DNA of 64,000 nucleotides from Acidobacteriota bacterium (GTDB lineage Bacteria > Acidobacteriota > UBA890 > WLXD01), in NCBI GenBank assembly GCA_965248695.1, contig CBDFKD010000002.1:224001-288000 (forward strand). Direction: 5' to 3'. The position numbers and the translations under genes were made by a program. Below, one piece after another: positions 25,796 through 36,412 of the stretch (position 1 is its first letter; every line of letters begins with the position of its first letter). The notes beneath the pieces were generated by a model, which was not told where the DNA came from, did not search any database, and was given only the letters and a program-made list of their open reading frames with translations.

Positions 25796-27658
25796 GTGAC
25801 GAAGCGATTGCTCGAGTTTCGGGGCCACCTGTTTGTGGCGGGGCTGACAATGCTCGCCGCCGTCGCCAGTGGCTGTGGACAAAGCGAGCGGCCCGCAGAT
25901 GACTTCGTACCGGCACGAGATCTGAGCCTGGCGGATCTCGTTCGTCATGGGCCGCCGCCGCCAGAGAACATCGCCGTCGAGTCGCCGGTACCGGCATTGT
26001 TCAACGATCTGGAGCGCCAGGTCGCCTCAGGCGAGCGAACGCGCCTTGAGGCCGATCGCCTGCTGGCGACGGCCTTGCGCGGCGAAGTGGACCGGCTGCC
26101 GCCGGAATACGCTGGCGATACCGCTGACCTGAGCATCCCCGACCGCGCGCTGGCGTGGTTGGAACGGCGCGCAGCGAGCTATCCGGACGATGTCCGCGAC
26201 GAGATCTACGCATCGTCAGAGCTCATTGGCCCGCTGCCAACGCCTCGGTTGGCGATGCTGGGCATCGGCGCCGGCGTCCCGGGCGGCCCGCCGCTGACCG
26301 CCGTGCAGTGCCAATTTCCCCCGTGCCGCGACGAGGGCATCGTCCATGTCGAATTCGGTCGCGCCAACCAATTCGCCAGCTATCCCGACTCCATCGAAGG
26401 CGCGCCTTGGACAACGATCGCCGAAGCGATCAATCGTGCCTTGAGCGTGTACCCGGCATTTCTGGAGACTCCACCGCCGGCATCGATCGTCATCTACGCT
26501 GTCGGCAGCCAGGGCGCGCTCATCGATTCCGACGAGAGTCCGATCCCGCCTGGCAGCAACCCCGCAGCGCGGATGAAGACCTGCCAGGACATCCGCATCA
26601 TGTGGACCCGTCTCTTTGGCGGTGACCCGACACGCGAGGTCGTGGTCCACGAGCTCTTCCACTGCCTGCATATGGAGAGCCAACGGCAAGCGGGGCAGCC
26701 GGGCCTGGAGCTCTGGCAGGAGGATGCCGGCACCGAGCCGCCGGCGTGGGTGACCGAGGGCATGGCCGTGTGGGCCGAGGAGCTCGCCTATCCAGACCTC
26801 AACTCGCCGTGGAGGCAGTATCAACAGTACGCCGTCGCGCCACAGCGCAGCCTCGGGCAGTTAGCGCATGACGCTGGCCTGTTCATGCGATTCCTGGAGC
26901 AATACAACGGCGTCGGTTCGCTCAAGTTGATCCTCGACACGTACCTTCCCAGCGGCCCGAAGGATCTGCCGCCCGTATCGAGTCCGGCGGGCTTCCCCAA
27001 TTCCTGGCTCGATTTCGTCGACGCGACGACCGGCTACGCGACCCTGTACGAGCAGGAGGGGCGCTTCCGAATGAGCGAGAGTCCCCCCGACTTCCCCTAC
27101 GAGTCGGCGGGTAATTTCGAGGGCACGTTTACGGTCGGACAGGACTCTCATCGGCTCCCTACACCGCTGGCGGGAGGCTCGATCGAGCGCCTGGAGGTGC
27201 CGATCCCGCCGGCGTCGGCGCTGCACAAGATCTGGAACGTCTCGGTCACCGACGACGCCTACCTCGACGTGGGCATGACGTCCGAGCTGTCGCAGGCGGT
27301 CGACTCCCGCAGCGACGACCTGAGGATCTCGGCACTGCTGACCCACGATTTCGGCGAGACACTACAGGACTGGTCCAAGTTGTGGCGTGACCGGAGGGAC
27401 GAGGCACCCGACATCGTCACGGAGGACGGGAACACCGACGGCAGCTTCCGCGTGTGCCTCCGCCGCCTAGGCTACGAATGCAGCGAGGCCGACGACGTCT
27501 TCTATGGGTTGACCGAGATCCGACTGTTCGTCGCCAACGCCGGCCTGGACGATTCCAAGAACCTGAGCGGCGAGCTGGTGCTGTTCCCGCACGCGATCGA
27601 GGGCTACCTCGCCGAGGAATTCGAGTTCGGTACCCCCGATGAGGAGGGCCAGCAATGA
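25796..27658 (+). CDS. Putative lipoprotein, HExxH zinc metallopeptidase-like
   Basis: Lipobox ASG-C; VVVHELFHCLH followed by WVTEGMAVWAE (gluzincin-like third ligand). GGAGG RBS before GTG 25796. Confidence 0.7.
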   Translation: MTKRLLEFRGHLFVAGLTMLAAVASGCGQSERPADDFVPARDLSLADLVRHGPPPPENIAVESPVPALFNDLERQVASGERTRLEADRLLATALRGEVDRLPPEYAGDTADLSIPDRALAWLERRAASYPDDVRDEIYASSELIGPLPTPRLAMLGIGAGVPGGPPLTAVQCQFPPCRDEGIVHVEFGRANQFASYPDSIEGAPWTTIAEAINRALSVYPAFLETPPPASIVIYAVGSQGALIDSDESPIPPGSNPAARMKTCQDIRIMWTRLFGGDPTREVVVHELFHCLHMESQRQAGQPGLELWQEDAGTEPPAWVTEGMAVWAEELAYPDLNSPWRQYQQYAVAPQRSLGQLAHDAGLFMRFLEQYNGVGSLKLILDTYLPSGPKDLPPVSSPAGFPNSWLDFVDATTGYATLYEQEGRFRMSESPPDFPYESAGNFEGTFTVGQDSHRLPTPLAGGSIERLEVPIPPASALHKIWNVSVTDDAYLDVGMTSELSQAVDSRSDDLRISALLTHDFGETLQDWSKLWRDRRDEAPDIVTEDGNTDGSFRVCLRRLGYECSEADDVFYGLTEIRLFVANAGLDDSKNLSGELVLFPHAIEGYLAEEFEFGTPDEEGQQ

Positions 27659-28374
27659 GCCGTCACGCAGCCGCCGTCGCCGGTCTCGTGATCGCGTCCG
27701 CCGTCGCCGCCGCCAGTGCGCCGGCAGCAGCGCTCCAAGAAGGGGAGACGCGCTACATCACTGGCGGGCTCGGCTTCCACGTCGACGACCAGGAGCCCAT
27801 CATTACTCTGCGTGCCGACTGGGTCTGGTTCCCCCTGGAGGAGGAGTATCCGTTTGACGAGATCGGTGAGGAGGGTCGGGTTCGTGTCGACCCGCGCATC
27901 CTCTCGGCCTACGTCAACTTCGGCTGTCACTTCGAGGGCTTCACGCGCTGGCGCTACGAGGAGATGGAAGTCGAGGAGCTAGACGACGGTCGTATCCGCC
28001 GCCGATTCGAGATCGAGGACGAGAACCGGGGCGGCTTCTACAACAACGAGCATCGCTTCAAGTGCGAGCTGGCCACCAAGAACCGGCGGCTCAACGAGCT
28101 TCTCGGCACGCTGGTGACGACCGGCAACGCGCCGAGCGCCGGATTCCAGTCGAGCATCGTCCAGGTCGTTTACATGCGCATGATCGATGCCATCAACACC
28201 ATGGACCGAGTGCCCGACTCATGGGGTGACTACCTCTACGACACCTTCAAGAGCATCATGACCTTCAACCTCATGGACGACACCGAGGGCGAGGTGGACC
28301 TGTATTTCGCCCCGGAGGGCAACGTCATGGAGTTCGAGATCAGTCGCCAACGTACCGTCCGCTTCGAGCGCTAA
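27655..28374 (+). CDS. Hypothetical secreted protein
   Basis: Ala-rich signal peptide, ATGA overlap with the upstream gene, typical codon bias. Confidence 0.7.
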   Translation: MSRHAAAVAGLVIASAVAAASAPAAALQEGETRYITGGLGFHVDDQEPIITLRADWVWFPLEEEYPFDEIGEEGRVRVDPRILSAYVNFGCHFEGFTRWRYEEMEVEELDDGRIRRRFEIEDENRGGFYNNEHRFKCELATKNRRLNELLGTLVTTGNAPSAGFQSSIVQVVYMRMIDAINTMDRVPDSWGDYLYDTFKSIMTFNLMDDTEGEVDLYFAPEGNVMEFEISRQRTVRFER

Positions 28375-28473
28375 AGAGTCGCATGCCCCGCGTGACATCG
28401 ATTGCCCCCGCTGTCGTGAATGCGGTCGCCTCGAGCTCTACGCGCCGACGCACTCCGAGGGGTAGCGCCCCGC

Positions 28474-31353
28474 TCAGCCCTCGCCGCGATCCGGGCTGTG
28501 CAACACCGGGACCGCCACCTCGGCGGCGCCACCATTGAATTCGGTGACGTTGTAGCCGGGACCCTGGATGCCGTAGTACGTGCCGGGAAACAGCTCGGCA
28601 CGTTCGGAGTCGGTGGCTGATTCCACCCTGGTGATCTCGGCGGCGCAGACCTTGTACTCAGCCGTCTGGGTAACCGGGTCGCCGGCGTCGTTTGTGAGCA
28701 GGTTAGCGCGCGCCTCGGCGAAGTGCAGCGGCATCCAGATGCAACCGGGGCGCACCTGGCGCGAGACGATGGCGCGCACCTGGATCTCGCCGCGGCGGGT
28801 CGACACCTCGACGAGATCGCCGTGCTCGATGCCGCGCTTGCGGGCGTCGCGGCGGTGGATCTCGACGAAGGGGTCTGACTGCTTCATGTCGAGCCCGGTC
28901 TCCCGACGCGTCTGGGTGGCGCAGTTGTAGTGGTAGAGCGTGCGCCCGGTCGACAGCAGCAGGCCGTAGTCCTCGTCTTCGACTTCCATCGACGGGCGAT
29001 ACTCGGCCGGCACGAAGAGCGCCTTGCCGCGCAGCGCGCCACCCTCGTGCAGGAACTCGGTGCCGGGGTGCTCCGGATCCGGGCAGGGCCACTGGATACC
29101 GGTCTTGCCGCGGTGCGCCTCGGCGTCGATGCGAGCGTGGCTGATGCCGGCGAACTGGTGCGTGTCGCGCGCGAGCTCGTCGTAGACCTCGGCCGCCGAG
29201 TCGTACTCCCAGCCGGCCCCTGCGGCATTCGAGAGATTCCGCACGATCTCCCAGTCGGGGAGCGCCATACCAGGCGGCTCCACTGCCTTGCGGATGCGCT
29301 GCACCCGGCGCTCTGAGTTGGTGAACGTGCCCTCCTTCTCGGCAAACACCGCCGCCGGGAAGATCACGTCGGCGAAGCGCGCCGTCTCGTTTAGAAAGGC
29401 GTCCTGGTAGACGAGGAACTCGATGTTGTTGAGCCCCTCTTCGAGGTGCTTGACGTTGGGCTCCGATAGCACGATGTCCTCGCCCATCACGAACATGCCT
29501 TTGATCTGCTTGCCGACCGCTTTCATCATGATGTTGAGGTTCATGCCCGGGTCAGGCGACAGCTTCACGCCCCACGACTTCTCGTACTTGGCGTGCACCT
29601 CGGGGTCGTCGACACGTTGGTATCCCGGCAGGTAGATCGGCGTCGCCCCGGCATCGTTGGCGCCCTGCACGTTGTTCTGACCGCGCAGCGGGTTCATGCC
29701 GGCCGACGGCTTGCCCAAGTGGCCGGTCATCAGCACCAGGTTGGCGAGGCAGTAAACGTTGTCGGTGCCGTGCGAGTGCTCGGTGATGCCGAGCGTGTAG
29801 TAGATGCCGGCCTTCTCGGTGGTGGCGTAGCGCCGCGCCGTCCAGCGGATGTCTTCGGCCGGGATGCCGGTGACCTTCTCGGCCTCCTCGGGAGTGTACT
29901 TGAGCACCGTGTCGCGCACCGACTCCCAGTCCTCGGTGTTGGAGTCGATGAACTCCTGATCGACCAGCCCCTCGGTGACGATGACGTTGGCCAGGGCGTT
30001 GAGCAGCCAAACGTCGGTGCCCGGCCGCAGCTGCAGGTGCTTTTCGGCGATCGACGTCATCCAGATCGAGCGCGGGTCGGCGACCACCATGGTGGCGCCG
30101 CGGCGCACCGCCTGTTTCATCTCCATGGCGATGATCGGATGCGCTTCAGAAGTGTTGCTACCGATGACGAACAGGAAGTCGGCGTCGCGGATCTCGCCGA
30201 TGGAGTTGGTCATCGCCCCGGCGCCGAACGTCGTGACCAGACCGGCCACGGTGGGCGCGTGTCAGGTGGCAGCACATTGATGCACGTTGTTCGTACCGAA
30301 CACCGCTCGGGCCATCTTCTGCACCAGGAAGTTCTCTTCCATGGTACAGCGCGACGAGGAAACAAAGCCGAGGCTATCGGAACCGTGGCGCTCCTTGACG
30401 CCCAGCAGCCCGGCTGCTGCCGCTTGTAGGGCTTCGTCCCAGGTGACCGCGTGCATCTCGCCGTCGTCACCGCGCACCATGGGAGTATCGAGGCGATCCT
30501 CGTGGTGCACAAAGTCGTAGGCGAAGCGCCCTTTTACGCAGAGGTTGCCGTCGTTGGTGGTGGTACCGACCGGCGGGCTGGAGACCTTGACCAGACTCCC
30601 CTTGCCGTCGCGACCATCCGGGTCGACGTTGAGGTCGAGCTGGCAGCCGACGCCGCAGAAGTTGCAGGTACTGCGTACCTTGGTGAGCTCACGCTCGGGC
30701 TTGTGGCCGCGGATGAGGGGCATCTTCTCGCCCATCGCCCCGGTCGGGCAGACGTCGATGCAGCCACCGCACAGCTCGCAGCTGGTGTCCATCAACGACA
30801 GCTCGTCGACCGTCGAGATGGTGGTCTCGGAGCCGCGGTTGGCCAACGTGATCGCATTGACCCCCTCGATCTCGTCGCAGTAGCGCACGCAGCGAGCGCA
30901 AAGAATGCACAGATCCGGGTCGAAGTTGACGTAGGGATTGCGGTCGTCGGGGCGCGCCGTGCGCACCGGGGCGAGGTACCCCCAATCGGTAGGCGCTTCG
31001 TACTTCGCCGCCATATCGAACAGCTCGTTGCGAACGCCGGGCTCAGCCTCCTCGCGGGTACCGGGGTGGTCGGTCATGTAGAGACCGAGCAGGGTCTTGC
31101 GATGGCGGTCGATGCGCGGGTTCTCGGTGGTGACGTCCATGCCCGCCTTGGCCGCGGTGGCGCATGCAGGGGGAAGGCGTCCCCAGCCGTCGATCTGGAC
31201 CAGGCAGGTACGACAGGCGCCGGCCGGATCGAGGCGCGGATCGTGGCACAGCGTCGGGATGTAAATGTCGTGTCGGGCCGCGACGTCGAGCACGGTCTCG
31301 CCGGGCGTGAACGCGTACTCGCGACCGTTGAGCTTGATCGTGTCGTCGCTCAT
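28474..31353 (-). CDS. fdhF: Selenocysteine-containing cytoplasmic formate dehydrogenase alpha subunit (959 aa, Sec at TGA 30262-30264)
   Basis: Read-through gives NNVHQCAAT-U-HAPTVAGLVTTFGAGAMTNS. Also LRGQNNVQG, N-terminal 2Fe-2S and 4Fe-4S motifs, and a downstream SECIS hairpin. Confidence 0.92.
30232..30264 (-). promoter_or_regulatory. Bacterial SECIS element
   Basis: UGA, 11 nt, then CGUGGCC-GGUCU-GGUCACG (7-bp stem). Same spacing and GU-containing loop as the E. coli fdhF SECIS. Confidence 0.85.
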
Positions 31354-32944
31354 GCCTCGAAGTCCTCTGGGAAGTGTTTCATCGCCAGCGTCAGCGGCAG
31401 CGGGGCCGCCTGGCCCAACCCGCAGATCGACCCTTCGTTCATCTGCCAGGCCGCATCGGCGACGTGAAGCAGCGCGTCGGCTGAGGCGCCGTTACCGTCC
31501 ATGTGCTTGTCCAATCCTACACGTAAATAGCGGGTTCCGATGCGACATGGGGCACACTGACCGCAGCTTTCTGCTTCGAAGAAGACGAGCTGCGAACGCA
31601 CCGCGTCGCGCATGTCGACCGTGTCGTTGAGCACCACGACGCCGGCCGACCCCAGCATGGAGCCGACCTCGCCAAGAGGCTTGAAGGCAAGCGGGCGGCC
31701 GCGCTCCGACGCCGGCAGGAACCCGGAGCTGGCACCGCCGGGACTGAAAGCCTTGAGCTCCCCCACGTAGCCGCCGGCGGCATCGACCAGCTCGTCGAGG
31801 GTCACCCCGAGCGGCAGCTCATAGGTTCCCGGCTTGGCGACGTGGCCGCTGATGCAATAGAGCTTGCTGCCCGCCTCGTCACGGCCGAGCTCACGGAACC
31901 ACTCTCCGCCGCGCTCGATGATCGACGGCACGCAGGCGATCGTCTCGACGTTGTGCATCAGCGTCGGCTTGTTCCACAGCCCGATCTCGACCGGGAACGG
32001 CGGCTTCAGCCGGGGCATGCCGCGCTTCCCTCGAGCGCTTCCAGTAACGCTGTCTCCTCACCGCAGATGTAGGCGCCGTTGCCCGCATGCATGTGGAAGC
32101 GGATATCGCCGAACACGCCGCTGTCCGCGTAGCGCTGAATGGCATCCTCGATGACCTTCCAGGGAATCTGAAACTCGCCCCGAAGGTAGAGATAGACCTC
32201 GGTCGCCTCGACCGCATAGGCCGCGATCGCCAGGCCCTCGAGAATCTTGTCCGGGCGGCGCAGCATGACCTCACGATCCTTGAACGTCCCGGGCTCGCCC
32301 TCGTCGGCGTTGAGCACCACGTACCGGGTGGTGACCGGCTGCCCGCGGGTGCCGGTCCATTTGATATGGGCCGGGAACCCGGCGCCGCCACGGCCCTGCA
32401 ACCCGGATTCCTTGAGCGTCTCGATCACCGCCTCAGGACCCATCTCGACGGCGCGCGCGAATGCACCGCCGCCGTAGTCCAGCTCGCCCAGGAGGTTGCA
32501 GGCGAGCGTTTCGGGATCGTCGATCTCGGGGCCCACGGTGCCCAGCCAATGCTCGTCCGGCACGTTGCCGGCCGATTGCAGGCGCTCCCAGTCGCCGTCT
32601 GCCTCGTGCACATCCTCGATGGTCAGGCGCGGCAACACGATTCGGTCGCGCATCACCGCCGGCGGCACGTCGCAAGCTGCCAGACACGAGCAGCCCTCGA
32701 CGGGAAAACCGGCGAGCTCGGCGGCCCGCAGCACCTTGTCGGCGCCGGCCATCTGACACGACAATCCAGTGCAGACGCGCACCTTGAGATGAGGCCGCGC
32801 CAGCATGTGATAGAAGCTGCCGACACCGTAGATATCGGCCTCCGGAATACCGGTCTCCTCGGCAATCCGGCGGGCGGTACCTTCGGTCAGGCCACCGGCC
32901 TCGTACAGCAGGTCGGGAATCTCGTGACGACGATCTTCGCTCAT
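31350..32944 (-). CDS. NuoE/NuoF-like diaphorase subunit of NAD-linked formate dehydrogenase (one frameshift near 32028)
   Basis: VCTGLSC...[35 protein letters not shown] and ESCGQCAPCRIG. One missing base in GAGGGAAG restores ALEGKRGMPRLKPPFP. Confidence 0.85.
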
Positions 32945-33152
32945 GGCCCGACCATGCTAGTGGACTGTGGAGATCGAATCGAATTCGCAGCGGCGAGAAC
33001 GCGGCGCGCGGCTAAGGCAAGCCGACGTCCACTCTCTCGCGGGCCCCTGGGGCGTCTATCCCGAAGCCGGCATGCGGCCCGCGGCGCTCGCCAGCGGCAC
33101 CCATCCAGCCGCCGTGACCGCCTCGCTTCACTGCCCGGATCGACTTGCTATT

Positions 33153-33182
33153 TATCCGCTTTGGATATATCTATATTGGATA
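33153..33182. promoter_or_regulatory. Tandem palindromic operator upstream of padR
   Basis: TATCCgctttGGATA directly followed by TATCTatattGGATA, in an AT-rich patch 40 nt before the ATG. Confidence 0.6.
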
Positions 33183-33222
33183 GAACGTTTCGGATCCGCC
33201 AGCCAACCAACGGAATCGACGC

Positions 33223-33570
33223 ATGACCTACGGCAAGCCCCTGAACACCGCGCCGCTCAAACCGGCCGTGCTGCACATCCTGCTGGCCCTCAGTCCGGGG
33301 CAAATGCATGGGCTCGGCATCGCCGACGCGATCGAAGAGGAGACCGACGGCGAGATCCGTGTCGGACCCGGAACGCTGTACCGATCGCTCAAGGAGATGA
33401 CGGCGGCGCAGCTGGTTGCGCCCGTTGACGCTACCTCCGGTACCGATCCGCGCCGCAAGTACTATCGCCTCACCGACCTCGGGCTCGAGGTGCTGCAGGC
33501 GGAGGCGGCGCGCCTGGCACGTATCGTCGAGGTTGCCAGGCGGCGGCACGTGCTCTCGGGCAACGCCTGA
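33223..33570 (+). CDS. PadR-family transcriptional regulator
   Basis: HILLAL...HGLGI...GPGTLYRSL...RRKYYRLTDLG. Confidence 0.92.
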   Translation: MTYGKPLNTAPLKPAVLHILLALSPGQMHGLGIADAIEEETDGEIRVGPGTLYRSLKEMTAAQLVAPVDATSGTDPRRKYYRLTDLGLEVLQAEAARLARIVEVARRRHVLSGNA

Positions 33571-36304
33571 TGGACCTGTTCTACCGCCTGTTGCTATTCG
33601 CCTACCCGCGCCCGTTCCGGCGCGAATACGGCCTTGCCATGCTCGACCTCTTCCGACTGCAACGCAACCGTGCACGGCGAGAGACGGGGCACTTGGGCGG
33701 GGCCGCCTTTTGGGCGTTCGCCGTCGACGACCTGGTGCGCAACGCCTTCGCCGAGCGCACGCGCCGCTGGCAACAACGCAGCCCACTGCACCGTCGCGTT
33801 CGGCTATCCGAGACACCCACTCCCCGGGAACCACGCGAAATGATCGACACCATGCTTCGCGAGCTGCGACACGCGGCCCGACGACTGATCAAGGCTCCGG
33901 TATTCAGCACAACGGCAATCATCATCATTGCCCTGGGAATCGGCGCCAATGCCTCCATGTTCACGTTCGTCGACGCGGTGTTGATGCGGCCACAGCCGTT
34001 TGCACGACCCGCTGAGCTGGTGGATGTGTATCAGGACTCCGATGACGGAGATCCCAACTCGAGCTCGTTCCCGGCCTACCGGGACATTGCTGCGCGCACC
34101 GACGTCTTCTCCGGCGCCACCGGGATCATGCCGAGGAGCGCCACGCTGATGAACGACGACGGCGTCGAGAGCGTCGCTGTCGAGTACGTGACGTCGAACT
34201 ACTTCGATGTCCTCGGTCTACCGCTCACCATCGGACGGGCCTTCAGTCCGCTGGAGGATGTAGATGGGGGCGAACCAGTAGCCATCGTGAGCTACCAGAC
34301 GTGGCGGGATCGCTTCGGCAGCGATAGCGAGATTCTCGGCACGACCCTGCGGCTCGAGGGCGCGGCGATCACCATCGTCGGCGTCGGGCCGCAGAGCTAC
34401 GGTGGGATCATGCCGGGTTTCAGCCGCGACCTGTGGCTGTCGTTGTCGGCGATGCGCTCGACCATGGGCGAGTACGCCGCGACAACGCTCGATCGCCGCG
34501 GCGACCACTGGTTCCTGATCAAGGCACGTCTTGCCGCCGGAGTCTCGGCAGTGCAGGCGCAGGCAGGGATGGATGCCCTGGCGACACGGCTCGCCACCGA
34601 GTTCCCGGAGATGAACACGGGGCGCGATATCACCGTCTTCGGCGCCGGCGCCGTGCGCCTGCACCCGTCGTTCGACAGCAGTCTCTTGCCGCTTTCGGCG
34701 GGTCTGATGACCCTCGTCGGACTCGTGCTGGTCATCGCGTGCAGCAACCTCGCCAACCTGCTGCTGGTTCGCGCCTCGACGCGAGGCCGCGAGGTTTCCG
34801 TACGACTCGCGGTGGGCGCTTCGCGCGGCCGCATCATCCTGCACATGATGTCCGAGAGCGTTGTGCTGTCGTTGGCCGGCGGCGCGTTGGGGCTACTGCT
34901 CGCCGGCTGGACCATACGCGCCTTCACTGCCGCTCAGCTACCGCTGGGCATGCCTGCGCCGGTCGACTTGCGCCTAGACATGCGCGTCGTGAGCTTCACG
35001 CTGGTGGTTTCGTTGCTTTACCGGCGCCCTCTTCGGGCTGCTCCCGGCATTGCGCTTGGCACGGGCCAACGTGGTCGGCTCGTTGCGCGACGACGGCACG
35101 CCGCTTTCGTTCCGCGGCGGGCGTTTCACCGTTCGCAACCTCCTGATCGTCGCCCAGGTCGCCGTATCGTTCGTCATCCTGGTAGTCGCCGGCCTGCTCG
35201 GTCGCAGCGTCGCCAACGCGGCGTCGGTGGATGCGGGCTTCGGTGCCAATCCCGAGCATGTCGCGTTGCTTTCCACCGACTTCGCGCACGCCGGTTATAG
35301 CGCCACCGAAGCGGCACCGCTGTACGAAGAGCTCCGGCGCCGCTACGAGACCTTCCCCGGGGTCGAGCGCGTTGCCCTCACGGCCCACTTGCCGGCGCGC
35401 GGATTCGGCGGCTCCAGCACCCTGGTAATCGACGGCTACACGCCCAACCACCGGCACCGACTCCGTCGAGGTATTGCGGGCGAGCGTCGGGCCGCGCTAC
35501 TTCGAGACACTGAAGATCCCGGTGCTACATGGCCGACCGTTCACCCTCGAAGACACTCCGGATAGCACGCCGGTCGTGGTCATATCCGAGGCCATGGCCC
35601 GCGCTTTTTGGGGCCGCAGCGACGTCGTCGGCGAGCGGTTTCGATGGCAGGGAGTGCCCGACGGCTGGCAGGACATCGTCGGTGTCGTGGCGGACGTGAA
35701 GATTCGCGAACTCACCGAAGCCCCGACGCCACTCTTCTACCGGTCCCTCGGCCAGGGAGCCGGGCCGTCGCTGTACTTGGTGGCGCGATCGTCGCGCGAT
35801 GCGAGCCCACTGCTCCCGGCGATGCGGACCGAGCTGACGAATATCGATCCGTCGCTCTCGGCGCTTCGACTCAGGACCATGGACGAGCATCTCTCCGACG
35901 GACTGGCGCTGTCTCGCTTGGGAACGCGGATGGTCTCCGGCTTCGGCTTGCTCGGCCTGATACTCGCCAGCCTCGGGCTCTACGCGGTGGTCGCCTTCTC
36001 GGTGCAACGGCGCACACGCGAGGTCGGCGTGCGCATGGCGCTCGGAGCCGGCAAACAGCAGGTGGCGCGCATGGTGCTCGGCGAGGTGTTGATCGTCGTC
36101 GGGATTGCCGTCGGGGTAGGAATCGCGGCATCGTTGCTGATCACCCCCGTCATCGCCGGGCAGCTCTACAACGTCCCGCCGGTAGATCCGTTGACGCTGG
36201 CCGGGACGGCCCTCCTGTTGACGCTCACCGGAGCGGTGGCAACGTGGCTTCCTGCCAGGCGTGCCGCCACCGTCGATCCGGTCACGGCACTGCGGAACCA
36301 GTAA
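33570..36304 (+). CDS. Duplicated orphan ABC permease (ADOP/MacB-like; two +1 frameshifts near 35018 and 35446)
   Basis: LALGIGAN-like, IACSNLANLLLVRA, REVSVRLAVGA, RRTREVGVRMALGA and PARRAATVDPVTALR. Removing one T and one A gives a single ORF. Confidence 0.85.
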
Positions 36305-36412
36305 GCGCCAATCGGGCGGTGGTTGTAGATTCTCCGTCGCGGGTAATCGATCCTCGTCCGCCCGCCGCCGGGCCCGTTGGACGGCGTCGCCGCCTACCGG
36401 AGCCCCCCATAA

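Noticed and set aside
30262-30264. Nonsense mutation making fdhF a pseudogene
   Set aside because: The TGA is at the canonical Sec position and is followed by a SECIS hairpin.
32006-32035. Two separate NuoF-like genes
   Set aside because: The break falls inside the conserved LEGKRGxPRLKPP motif at a GGG/AA run, so it is a single-base deletion artefact.
35010-35480. Three separate permease genes
   Set aside because: Two +1 insertions at TTT and AA runs explain the split, the same error signature as the other frameshifts.
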